From the IMG/VR virus record IMGVR_UViG_3300037193_002017, positions 1 to 64,000 of that record: a stretch of 64,000 nt of DNA. One strand, given 5' to 3'. The stretch's first letter is position 1; each line of letters begins with the position of its first letter. The position numbers and the translations under genes were made by a program. Of the stretch, positions 56,280 through 64,000 are shown in pieces. This DNA comes from a virus. The notes under the pieces are model-generated. The model made no database searches. It saw nothing but the letters and a program-made list of their open reading frames with translations, and had not been told where the DNA came from.

Positions 56280-57514
56280 TGAGGACTCTGACGAGGACGA
56301 CGACCGAGGAACACCGCCGTCTGCCGTTGTCCACGGCAGAGGTCGCCATCCGGGCGGCCGACGGCGACGACGGAGGCGAGCGGTTCAAGGGCTACGCCGC
56401 GGTGTTCAACTCCCGTACCGCGATCGGGAATCCGTTGAGGTGGGGGTTCTACGAGGAGATCGCGCCCGGGGCGTTCACGAAGACGCTGTCAGAGGGCGAT
56501 GCGCGGATGCTCATCGACCACGACTCGTACTTCGTCGTATCGAGGGTGTCGGCCGGCAGCCTGGACCTGGCCGAGGACGGGCGCGGCCTGGCCGTCGACT
56601 CCGCCCTCGACGCTGGCCTGTCGTACGTCAACGACCTGAAGGCCAACGTCCGGAACAAGAACATCACCGGCATGTCGTTCGGGTTCTACGTCGTCAAGGA
56701 CGACTGGACCTTGGAGAAGGTGGAGACCTCCGACGGACAGACCGCCGAGGTCGAGATCCGCCGGATCCTCGAGGTTCGCCTCATCGAGGTGTCCGCGGTG
56801 ACGTTCCCCGCGTACGAGGACACCGAGGCCGAACTCGCCAGCGTCCGCTCCGCGCTCCTGCGGCGCGGCGACCAGCAGGCCATCGAGCAGCGCGCGAAGT
56901 ACCGACCGGAGCTGCGGGACCTCCTGCAGCTCGTCGGCGAGGAGACGCCCGCCGAGGACACCCCGGCGGCCCGTACGGCCCCGGCCGTCGAGGAGCGGGC
57001 CGCGCTGGCGGTCCACTCCACCAGTACGTCGGATGCGGCGTGGGACGGTCCGGCGAACTCGAAGGATCTCCCCCAGGAGGAGTCGGCGCTGAGGATGGCG
57101 CACGCCTGGGTGGACCCCGAGGGCGACGCCGACACCAAGAGCAGCTACCGGTTCATCCACCACTTCGTGGGCGTGGACGGCGACGTCGGCGCCGCCTCAA
57201 CCGTCGCGTGCACCACGGCGATCGGCGTCCTCAACGGCGCCCGCGGCGGCACCACCATCCCCGACGAGGACCGCGAGGCGGTCTACAAGCACCTGGCCCG
57301 GCACCTGAAGGACGCCGGGCTGAAGGCGCCAGAGCTGAAGGCAGTTGGCAGCGAGCCGGGTGAGTCCACTCGCGAGACCAGCACACCGGAGACCGACCCC
57401 GCGGACACGGACGACACCGAGCCGGCAGAGACCACTCGGAGCGACCTCGACGCGCGCGTACTCCGGATGAAGGGCCTGGCCGCCCGCTTCGGGCTGGCCG
57501 CGCCCAGCTCGTAA
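56279..57514 (+). CDS. Prohead protease (HK97/U35 type) with extra C-terminal domain
   Basis: GYAAVFN, E.I.PGAF, DHD, MSFGF, L.EVS.VTFPAY. Confidence 0.92.
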   Translation: MRTLTRTTTEEHRRLPLSTAEVAIRAADGDDGGERFKGYAAVFNSRTAIGNPLRWGFYEEIAPGAFTKTLSEGDARMLIDHDSYFVVSRVSAGSLDLAEDGRGLAVDSALDAGLSYVNDLKANVRNKNITGMSFGFYVVKDDWTLEKVETSDGQTAEVEIRRILEVRLIEVSAVTFPAYEDTEAELASVRSALLRRGDQQAIEQRAKYRPELRDLLQLVGEETPAEDTPAARTAPAVEERAALAVHSTSTSDAAWDGPANSKDLPQEESALRMAHAWVDPEGDADTKSSYRFIHHFVGVDGDVGAASTVACTTAIGVLNGARGGTTIPDEDREAVYKHLARHLKDAGLKAPELKAVGSEPGESTRETSTPETDPADTDDTEPAETTRSDLDARVLRMKGLAARFGLAAPSS

Positions 57515-57527
57515 CCCGTACTCACCC

Positions 57528-57560
57528 CGAAGGCCCGTGACCAGCTGGTGCGGGCCTTCG
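57528..57560 (+). terminator. Hairpin between protease and capsid genes
   Basis: CGAAGGCCCG...CGGGCCTTCG. Confidence 0.6.
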
Positions 57561-57582
57561 CCATGTCTGAAAGAGGAAGCAC

Positions 57583-58827
57583 ATGAGCGAGCAGCTCAGG
57601 CGGCTCATCGACGAGCAGAACACCCTGTGGCAGCGGATGCAGGACATCCAGACTGCCGCCGAGGGCGAGAAGCGCGACCTTACCGCCGAGGAGCGGCAGA
57701 ACTGGGACCAGGCGGAGGAACGGCTCACCGTCGTCTCCGGGGACATCGAGCGCCTCAACCGCATGGCCCAGATGTCGAAGATCGACCGCAGCCAGATCGC
57801 CGTCACCACCGGCGAGCCGGAGGGCCGCCGCGGCGGCGACCCCGGGGAGCAGGCGAAGCGGTACGCCGAGACCTTCGGGGCGTACCTGCGCGGCGGCATG
57901 GACCGGCTCACGCCGGACCAGCGGAACCTGATGATGGACCACGAGGTCGACCTGCGCGCGATGAGCGCGGGCATCGACACCGCCGGCGGGTTCACCGTGC
58001 CGGACGAGTTCCGCAACATCATGACCGAGACGATGAAGGCATACGGCGGCCTCCTCGCCCTGGCCGACGTCATCACGACCTCGACGGGCGCCGACCTGAA
58101 GTGGCCGACCAACGACGACACCGGCAACGAGGGCGAGATCCTCGGCGAGAACGACGAGGCCGGCGAACAGGACCTCAGCGTCGGCGGCCGGACGCTGAAG
58201 GCGTACACCTTCTCCTCCAAGCAGGTGAAGCTGTCCATGCAGCTCCTGCAGGACTCGGCGTTCAACCTCGAGACGTGGGTGCCCAGGAAGCTCGGCGAGC
58301 GCATCGGCCGCCGCGCAGCCCGCGCGTTCACCACCGGCACCGGCGTCGACCAGCCCGAGGGCCTGGCCACCAGCGCGGCCGTCGGCAAGCAGGGCGCCTC
58401 CGGCCAGACCACGTCGGTCATCTACGACGACCTGGTCGACCTCGAGCACTCCGTCGACAGCGCGTACCGGCCCAACGGCAGGTACCTCATGCACGACTCG
58501 ACCCTGAAGGTGATCCGCAAGCTGAAGGACACCCAGGGCCGCCCGCTGTGGGTTCCGGTCCCGGCCCCCGGCTTCCCTTCGACGATCAACGGCTTCGAGT
58601 ACTCGCTCGACAACTCGATGCCCACCCCGGCCGCGTCCGCAAAGACGATCGCGTTCGGCGACTTCAAGGCCGGCTACGTCATCCGCCAGGTGCAGAGCGT
58701 GCAGACGCTGCGCCTGAACGAGCGGTACGCCGAGAAGCTGCAGGTCGGTTTCCTGGGGTTCGCCCGCCTCGACGGCATGATCCAGGACTCGTCCGCGATC
58801 CGCATGTACCAGCACGCCGCCAGCTGA
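57583..58827 (+). CDS. Major capsid protein (HK97 family, N-terminal coiled-coil delta domain)
   Basis: AGGFTVP.EF, S.QLLQDSA, GTG..QP.GL, LKD..GRPLW, FGDF, R.DG. Confidence 0.95.
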   Translation: MSEQLRRLIDEQNTLWQRMQDIQTAAEGEKRDLTAEERQNWDQAEERLTVVSGDIERLNRMAQMSKIDRSQIAVTTGEPEGRRGGDPGEQAKRYAETFGAYLRGGMDRLTPDQRNLMMDHEVDLRAMSAGIDTAGGFTVPDEFRNIMTETMKAYGGLLALADVITTSTGADLKWPTNDDTGNEGEILGENDEAGEQDLSVGGRTLKAYTFSSKQVKLSMQLLQDSAFNLETWVPRKLGERIGRRAARAFTTGTGVDQPEGLATSAAVGKQGASGQTTSVIYDDLVDLEHSVDSAYRPNGRYLMHDSTLKVIRKLKDTQGRPLWVPVPAPGFPSTINGFEYSLDNSMPTPAASAKTIAFGDFKAGYVIRQVQSVQTLRLNERYAEKLQVGFLGFARLDGMIQDSSAIRMYQHAAS

Positions 58828-58842
58828 CCGACACCCGCTCGT

Positions 58843-58874
58843 ACGGGCCCAGGAACTCGGGTTCCTGGGCCCGT
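58843..58874 (+). terminator. Hairpin after the capsid gene
   Basis: ACGGGCCCAGGAAC-TCGG-GTTCCTGGGCCCGT. Confidence 0.75.
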
Positions 58875-58899
58875 CGGCATCCACAGGAAGGAGCGCGTC

Positions 58900-59304
58900 G
58901 TGAAGGACGCGTACAGCAGCCTGCTCGTCAAGAACACCCTGACGCCGGCGGCGCGGACGGCGTCGGCGAACGGCACGACGGTGGACCGGGCCGAGGACTC
59001 CTCGATGTTCCAGGACGCCCTGGTCGTCATCCCCGTCGGCACGGTGACCGACGGAACCCACACCTTCGAGGTGCAGCACTCCGACGACAATTCGTCCTGG
59101 TCGGCCGTTGCCGACGCCGACCTGCAGGGCACCGAGCCCGCCGTCACCTCCAGCACGGACGAGACCGTGTACGAGCTCGGCTACAAGGGCGACAAGCGCT
59201 ACCTGCGTGTCGCGGTGACCGTGGCCAGTGCCACGACCGGCGGCGTGTACGGCGCCCACATCGTCCTTGCCAACCCGCGTGTGGCCCCGGTGGTGCGGAA
59301 CTGA
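58900..59304 (+). CDS. Virion structural protein (head decoration-like)
   Basis: RBS AAGGAG; Q.SDD.S.W, GY.G.KRYLRV. Confidence 0.72.
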   Translation: MKDAYSSLLVKNTLTPAARTASANGTTVDRAEDSSMFQDALVVIPVGTVTDGTHTFEVQHSDDNSSWSAVADADLQGTEPAVTSSTDETVYELGYKGDKRYLRVAVTVASATTGGVYGAHIVLANPRVAPVVRN

Positions 59305-59963
59305 TGCCGCGCATCTGCGTAAGGGAGGCGATCGCCGGGGCCGACTTCTCGTGGGTGCCCGGCGACGTCGTCGATCTCCCCGAAGAGGAAGCGGCCAGGT
59401 GGGCTGATGGCCATCGGGCCGTCCTCCTGGAGGATGGTGAATTCCGGGAGCCGGGCACCGACGGGCCGTCGATCGTGCACCAGCAGCCGCTGGTGGTCGG
59501 CGAGGACGGCCAGGAGCTCGAGGTCCTCGCCGCAACGCTCAAGGACCTCGACCCGCCAGCCGGGCAGGAGGACGGGCCTCGCTGGGTGCGGTGGTCGGTG
59601 ACTGTGCGCCTGTCCGTCCCGCCGTCCGAGCCCGGATCGGACGGCGGCGGTCAGGACGACGGCGAGGAGGCAGGGAAGCAGGACGGCGACGCCCCCGGCC
59701 CGCCTGCACTGTTCGACCCTCGCGAGCACAGCAACCGTGAAGTGCTCGCCTACCTCGACACCGTCGGCTACGAGGAGGCGCTGCGCGTGCTGGACCTGGA
59801 AGCGAACGAGGGCGATCCGCCCCGGGCGGGGATCATCAAGAACCGCGACAAGGTCCTCGAGGCCGCGCGCGCCCGCGACGGCGGGCAGGCCGGGGCGGAG
59901 AAGGCGGCCAAGACCTCGCGGGGTGGCGGCCGCGGCGAGCAGCCCGAGACCCGCGAGTGGTGA
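59304..59963 (+). CDS. Hypothetical head-associated protein
   Basis: TGATG coupling; PGDVVDLP..EA; FDP.EH....VL.YL...E..RVL..E. Confidence 0.68.
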   Translation: MPRICVREAIAGADFSWVPGDVVDLPEEEAARWADGHRAVLLEDGEFREPGTDGPSIVHQQPLVVGEDGQELEVLAATLKDLDPPAGQEDGPRWVRWSVTVRLSVPPSEPGSDGGGQDDGEEAGKQDGDAPGPPALFDPREHSNREVLAYLDTVGYEEALRVLDLEANEGDPPRAGIIKNRDKVLEAARARDGGQAGAEKAAKTSRGGGRGEQPETREW

Positions 59964-59974
59964 GGGGGTGAGCG

Positions 59975-60787
59975 GTGCCGTACGACCTCGGCGCGACCGC
60001 GCGCCTGACTGCTGAATGCCGGGACCCCGGCGGCACCCTCACCACCGCCAGCACGGCCGTTGTGACGGTGACCCTGCCGGATGCGACGACCGCGACCCCG
60101 ACGGTGACGAACACCGGGATCGGGCTGTACCGGGCGGACTACACCACGGCCCAGGCCGGACGGCATACCGTGCGCTGGCTGTTCACCAGCCCGGCTCACG
60201 CCTACACCGATTCGTTCGACGTGTGGGAGGCGGCGCCGCCCGCGGTGCTGTCCTTGAAGGACGCGAAGGACCTGCTCAAGAAGACGACCCCGGACGACGA
60301 CGCACGGGTGCGATTCTGGCTCAACGCCACCACGCGCGCCGTTGAGTACTTCGTCGGCCCGGTCATCGTCCGCCAGGTCGTCGAGGACCACCACGTGGGC
60401 GTGGTCACCGCGCTCGCCCTGCACCGGACGCCGGCCGTGTCGTTGGTGTCCGTCGCGGCGCTGCTGTCGGGCGGAACGTCGTACGACGTCGACGACCTCA
60501 ACTTGGACGGTGCGAAGGGGATCGTGACCCGGAAGGACGGCGGCCAGATGGTCGGGCCGCTCCGAGCCACCTACCGGGCCGGGCGGACGGTCATCGCGCC
60601 GAACACCACCGCCGCCGCGCAGGTGATCCTGCAGCACCTGTGGCGGACACAGACCGGTGAGGGCCGCCCGCAGCGCGGCACCTCCGACTACGACGTCACC
60701 GAACCCATTCCGGGCCTGGGATATGCGATCCCGAACCGGGCGGTGCAGCTGATGAATCCGGACGACCAAGGACCGGGGATGGCGTGA
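59975..60787 (+). CDS. Head-to-tail adaptor with N-terminal beta-sandwich
   Basis: SL.DAK..L, ATY.AG, IL.HLW.TQ. Confidence 0.78.
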   Translation: MPYDLGATARLTAECRDPGGTLTTASTAVVTVTLPDATTATPTVTNTGIGLYRADYTTAQAGRHTVRWLFTSPAHAYTDSFDVWEAAPPAVLSLKDAKDLLKKTTPDDDARVRFWLNATTRAVEYFVGPVIVRQVVEDHHVGVVTALALHRTPAVSLVSVAALLSGGTSYDVDDLNLDGAKGIVTRKDGGQMVGPLRATYRAGRTVIAPNTTAAAQVILQHLWRTQTGEGRPQRGTSDYDVTEPIPGLGYAIPNRAVQLMNPDDQGPGMA

Positions 60788-61254
60788 TGGCGACCTCCGC
60801 AGTACCGGGCGCCATCAGCGCCCTCCTGACCATCCTGCAGGCGTCCGCCGAGCTCGACGACGTGATGGTCATCGACGGGCCGCCGACCGACGACGTGGCC
60901 ACCGAGGACATCCTCGTCGTGGGCTGGTCGCCGCAAGGCGAGGCCGCCGCCGAGCTGGTGCAGAACTTCAACGCGGCCGGCGCCCGCACCAGGGACGAGG
61001 ACTTCACCCTCACCTGCTACATCGATTGCTGGTCCGGGGACTTCAACTTCGCCACCGTACGGGGCCGGGTGTTCGAGGTCCTCGGCGTCGTCGAGCAGGA
61101 GCTACGCGCCACCAGCTCCGACCCCACGGCACCGAACCTGAATGGCGCGGTGATGTGGGCGCACTTGACCCGGGGCGTGCTGCAGCAGTCCACCAACGAC
61201 CAGGGAATCAGGGCATCGCTGACATTCACCTTGTCCTGCCACGCCCGCCTGTAG
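60784..61254 (+). CDS. Tail terminator/completion protein
   Basis: V.DGPP, P.L.G.V motifs; gene order. Confidence 0.7.
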   Translation: MMATSAVPGAISALLTILQASAELDDVMVIDGPPTDDVATEDILVVGWSPQGEAAAELVQNFNAAGARTRDEDFTLTCYIDCWSGDFNFATVRGRVFEVLGVVEQELRATSSDPTAPNLNGAVMWAHLTRGVLQQSTNDQGIRASLTFTLSCHARL

Positions 61255-61318
61255 CCCCCTAACTCGAGGAGCCCGCATGGTGCGGGCTGTTCGCCATGCC
61301 CAAGCGAAGGAGGACCCT

Positions 61319-61603
61319 GTGGCGAAGGTCCGCTACATCGGCGACGAGCCGGTGACCGTACCCGAACTGTTCGGCCACGACCGCTTCGTCCAGCCGGACG
61401 AGGTCGTCACCGTCCCGGACGAGCGGTTCGCCGCCTACGTGTGCCAGCCGCGCACCTGGCAGGCCGTCGAGGAACCGGCCGACTGGAACACCACCACGCC
61501 CCAGGACAGCGACCAGCCGGGCGTGACGACCGCGCCCCCGGCGGCGAAGGCCCCGCCGAAAAAGACCGCAGCGACCAAGACGCCGTCGCAGAAGGAGGAC
61601 TGA
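61319..61603 (+). CDS. Small virion-module hypothetical protein
   Basis: GTG after AAGGAGG. Confidence 0.65.
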   Translation: MAKVRYIGDEPVTVPELFGHDRFVQPDEVVTVPDERFAAYVCQPRTWQAVEEPADWNTTTPQDSDQPGVTTAPPAAKAPPKKTAATKTPSQKED

Positions 61604-61606
61604 TCC

Positions 61607-62593
61607 ATGGCGATCGGATCGGGTCTCGGCGCCCAACTCGGCATCGCCGCCGAGGTCACGTACGGCACGTACGTCGCGCCGACGAAGTTCATCGAGTTCA
61701 CCAAGGAAGGCCTCCAGCTCAAGAAGACGACCGCGCAGTCGGCGGGCATCGCGGCCGGCCGACTTCTCCCGCTGTCGGCGCGCCGTGTCGTCACCCGGCA
61801 GGAGGTGCAGGGCTCGATCGACCTGGAGGTCACCAATAAGGCCATGGGCCTGCTGCATCAGGCGCTGATGGGGACCACGGTCACGCCCGTGCAGCAGGGT
61901 GCGACAGCGGCGTACCTGCAGACCCACACCCTCGCCAGCGTCGCGGGCAAGAGCCTGTCGATCCAGAAGGGTGTCCCGCTGACCACGGGCACGGTGACCG
62001 ACAAGTCCTTCGTGGGCTGCAAGGTCACGAGCGCCGAGTTCAGCTGCGCGGTCGGCGAGATGCTGATGGGCACGTTCGAGTTCGACGGCAAGAACTGCGA
62101 CGAGGCCCAGTCCCTGGCCGCCGCCTCCTACCCGTCGATGAGCCCCTACCACTTCGGCCAGATGGCCGTGAAGATCGGGAGCTTCGGCTCGGAAGCGGCA
62201 ATCGACGGCATCCGCAAGGTCAGCTGCAAGATCGAACGGCCGCAAGACGTCGAGCGGTTCTACGCGGGCCAGGCCGGACTGAAGAAGGAACCGATCGAGA
62301 ACGACCAGGTGAAGATCACCGGGTCCTTCGAGTCGGACTACGTAGCGACCACCCTCGACGATCTCCATACCAGTGACGCTGCGACCAGCTTGGTGTGGGA
62401 GTTCGTCGGCCCGGTGATCGAGACCCCGCACGCCGAGACGTGGCGGCTGACCCTACCCGCGATCCGTATCGACGAGGGGCCGCCCGTCGTCGACGGCTTC
62501 GGAGTCGTCAAGCCCACGTTCAACTTCACCGGTCTCTACGACGGCACCAACCAGCCGAAGATCGAGATCATCTCGACGGACACCGCGCTGTGA
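61607..62593 (+). CDS. Major tail tube protein
   Basis: RBS GGAGG; LG.A.E.TYGT, GCKV...FS, ITG.FE. Confidence 0.88.
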   Translation: MAIGSGLGAQLGIAAEVTYGTYVAPTKFIEFTKEGLQLKKTTAQSAGIAAGRLLPLSARRVVTRQEVQGSIDLEVTNKAMGLLHQALMGTTVTPVQQGATAAYLQTHTLASVAGKSLSIQKGVPLTTGTVTDKSFVGCKVTSAEFSCAVGEMLMGTFEFDGKNCDEAQSLAAASYPSMSPYHFGQMAVKIGSFGSEAAIDGIRKVSCKIERPQDVERFYAGQAGLKKEPIENDQVKITGSFESDYVATTLDDLHTSDAATSLVWEFVGPVIETPHAETWRLTLPAIRIDEGPPVVDGFGVVKPTFNFTGLYDGTNQPKIEIISTDTAL

Positions 62594-62605
62594 GGTGAGG
62601 CCCTC

Positions 62606-63118
62606 ATGGTGCAGGACATCCGGATCATCGGGACCGGCCAGCTGCTCGAACTCTCCCGCAAGCTGAGAGCGGCTGGCCACGAGAACATCCGGTCCAGCTT
62701 CGCCCGCCGGATCCGGCGGGCGGCCGAGCCCCTGCAGGCCGACCTGCAGGAGACCATCCGCACCCTGCCCATCCAGTCCCAGCCTCGCAAGGCAGGCAGC
62801 CGCGGCGGCCCCTCACCCACCGATCGCCCGCTACGCCGTTCGATCGCCCAGGCCGTGCGGATCTCCGTCCGGGTCACTGGCAATCCGGGCGCGCGGGTCT
62901 GGCTCGACAAGAGCCGCCTGCCCCCGGACATCACGATGGGCGTGGTCAACCGCCTCAACGAAGGCAGGCTCAGGCACCCCGTGTTCGGCAACAAGCGCCG
63001 GTGGGTGCAGCAGACGACCACGCCGCTGTGGTGGGACAAGACCGTGCGGGCCCACCAGCCGCGCATCACGCGCGAGGTGGAGCGCGTCGTCGACGACGTG
63101 CGCCGCCGACTCGAATAG
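62606..63118 (+). CDS. Neck/tail-completion protein (HK97 gp10-like)
   Basis: Arg-rich; LRR.IA, G..RHPVFG. Confidence 0.65.
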   Translation: MVQDIRIIGTGQLLELSRKLRAAGHENIRSSFARRIRRAAEPLQADLQETIRTLPIQSQPRKAGSRGGPSPTDRPLRRSIAQAVRISVRVTGNPGARVWLDKSRLPPDITMGVVNRLNEGRLRHPVFGNKRRWVQQTTTPLWWDKTVRAHQPRITREVERVVDDVRRRLE

Positions 63119-63128
63119 GAGCACCACC

Positions 63129-63695
63129 TTGATCATCATCTACACCCCGGAGTTCGGTGGCGAACCCGAGCACTACGACGCGCGCGATCTGCTCGTGTCC
63201 GAGGCGTCGATCGTGTCGCGCACCATCGACATGAAGTGGGGCGAGATCCAGCAGGGCCTGGAGCAGGAGGACCTGGATGCGATGCGCGGCATCGTGTGGG
63301 TCCTCAAGAAGCGGCAGCAGCCGACCCTCCGCTTCGGGGACTTCGACCCGAAGGTCGACTCGATGGTCACCCGGATGTCCCGGCGCGAGGTCACCGACTA
63401 CGTCGAGAACGCCTTCAGCCTGGTCGGCACGGACCCTGATCTCACCCGGGAGAAGGTGGCGCAGGTTCTCAGCGAACTCCCGGACACCGCGGCCGCTGAT
63501 CCCGAGCACGCGCGGGCCCTGATCGAGCAGATGGCGAAGGACCCAAAAGACCAGCCGGACACGGAAGTTCCCGAGGAGCCGGTACCGGACGGCGAGTTGT
63601 CGAGCCCGAGCCCGACATCGAACTCGCCCGAGACCAGTACCTCCCCCTCTTCGCCCATCTCCTCCACATCCCCCCTGCAGGAGTCGACGGCCTGA
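63129..63695 (+). CDS. Tail assembly chaperone (gpG-like)
   Basis: TTG after AGGAG; precedes the tape measure; slippery CCCAAAA at 63542-63548. Confidence 0.8.
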   Translation: MIIIYTPEFGGEPEHYDARDLLVSEASIVSRTIDMKWGEIQQGLEQEDLDAMRGIVWVLKKRQQPTLRFGDFDPKVDSMVTRMSRREVTDYVENAFSLVGTDPDLTREKVAQVLSELPDTAAADPEHARALIEQMAKDPKDQPDTEVPEEPVPDGELSSPSPTSNSPETSTSPSSPISSTSPLQESTA

Positions 63696-63772
63696 CCGTC
63701 GTCGACTTCTACAACCTCACCGCCTGGATCGACCTCCACCTCCAGGCCCAGCAGTCGGAAGGCGGTGAGTGA
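63542..63772 (+). CDS. Tail assembly chaperone -1 frameshift extension
   Basis: C CCA AAA; -1 frame reads ...YLPLFAHLLHIPPAGVDGLTVVDF... to TGA at 63770-63772. Confidence 0.72.
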   Translation, partial: PKRPAGHGSSRGAGTGRRVVEPEPDIELARDQYLPLFAHLLHIPPAGVDGLTVVDFYNLTAWIDLHLQAQQSEGGE

Positions 63773-63775
63773 CCG

Positions 63776-64000
63776 GTGACCTCGATGAACTTCATCCTCA
63801 CCGGCCGGGATGCACTCAGTCGCGTCCTGGACCGTGCCGGGGACGCCAGCGACCGCCTGGGCCGCAGGCTGCTGGCGGCGTCCATCAACGGCGACGCTGC
63901 CATGAGGCGGTTCACAACCAACGCCTCCCGCCACCTGGCCGGACTGGAGCGGGACACCACGGCCGGCGCGAAGGCCGTCGATCAGCTGAAGAAAGCCACA
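63776..64000 (+). CDS. Tape measure protein, N-terminus (runs off the window)
   Basis: MTSMNFILTGRDALSRVL..., open to the window end, directly after the chaperone. Confidence 0.75.
   Translation, partial: MTSMNFILTGRDALSRVLDRAGDASDRLGRRLLAASINGDAAMRRFTTNASRHLAGLERDTTAGAKAVDQLKKAT

Larger units (their letters stand above)
24562..64000. mobile_element. Prophage B, left ~40 kb (integrase to tape measure start)
   Basis: Integrase, repressor/Cro, early genes, HNH, terminase, portal, protease, capsid and tail genes in canonical order. Confidence 0.95.

Noticed and set aside
1-64000. A single phage with two morphogenesis modules
   Set aside because: An att core, integrase and full early region lie between the two modules, so tandem prophages are simpler; not formally excluded without the flanks

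Overview
High-GC actinobacterial DNA, most likely Streptomyces (inferred from GC content, codon usage and gene families). The window holds parts of two different temperate siphovirus-type prophages joined head-to-tail. Prophage A (1-~24.6 kb) shows its right half: end of the major capsid gene, head-tail and tail genes with a -1 frameshifted chaperone, tape measure with a lytic transglycosylase domain, minor tail genes, a beta-helix tailspike, and an amidase-LysM endolysin, holin and collagen-like lysis cassette. It ends with a reverse-strand PIN two-gene moron and a HAD/XRE regulatory cluster. The junction at 24562-24615 is the 3' 54 nt of a tRNA-Arg(CCT) (att core) beside a terminator. Prophage B (~24.6 kb-end) starts with a tyrosine integrase that has a non-canonical active-site motif, then a repressor/Cro/Xis switch, about 15 kb of small, often Cys-rich early genes and an HTH replication initiator. 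An accessory block follows, then HNH, terminase, portal, protease, capsid and tail genes up to the start of the tape measure. The most unusual element is the operon at 43.3-47.8 kb in prophage B. It encodes two membrane-anchored winged-helix proteins that resemble FtsK-gamma and TraB C-termini but have no ATPase motor. One gene carries about 24 TACCC/GGGTA motifs written into its own coding sequence through rare GTA/CTA codons. The other is followed by six CRTCTACCG direct repeats resembling a plasmid clt. A perfect 31-bp palindrome and a divergent HTH gene sit upstream. All family assignments were made by eye from motifs and gene order; no database search was run.
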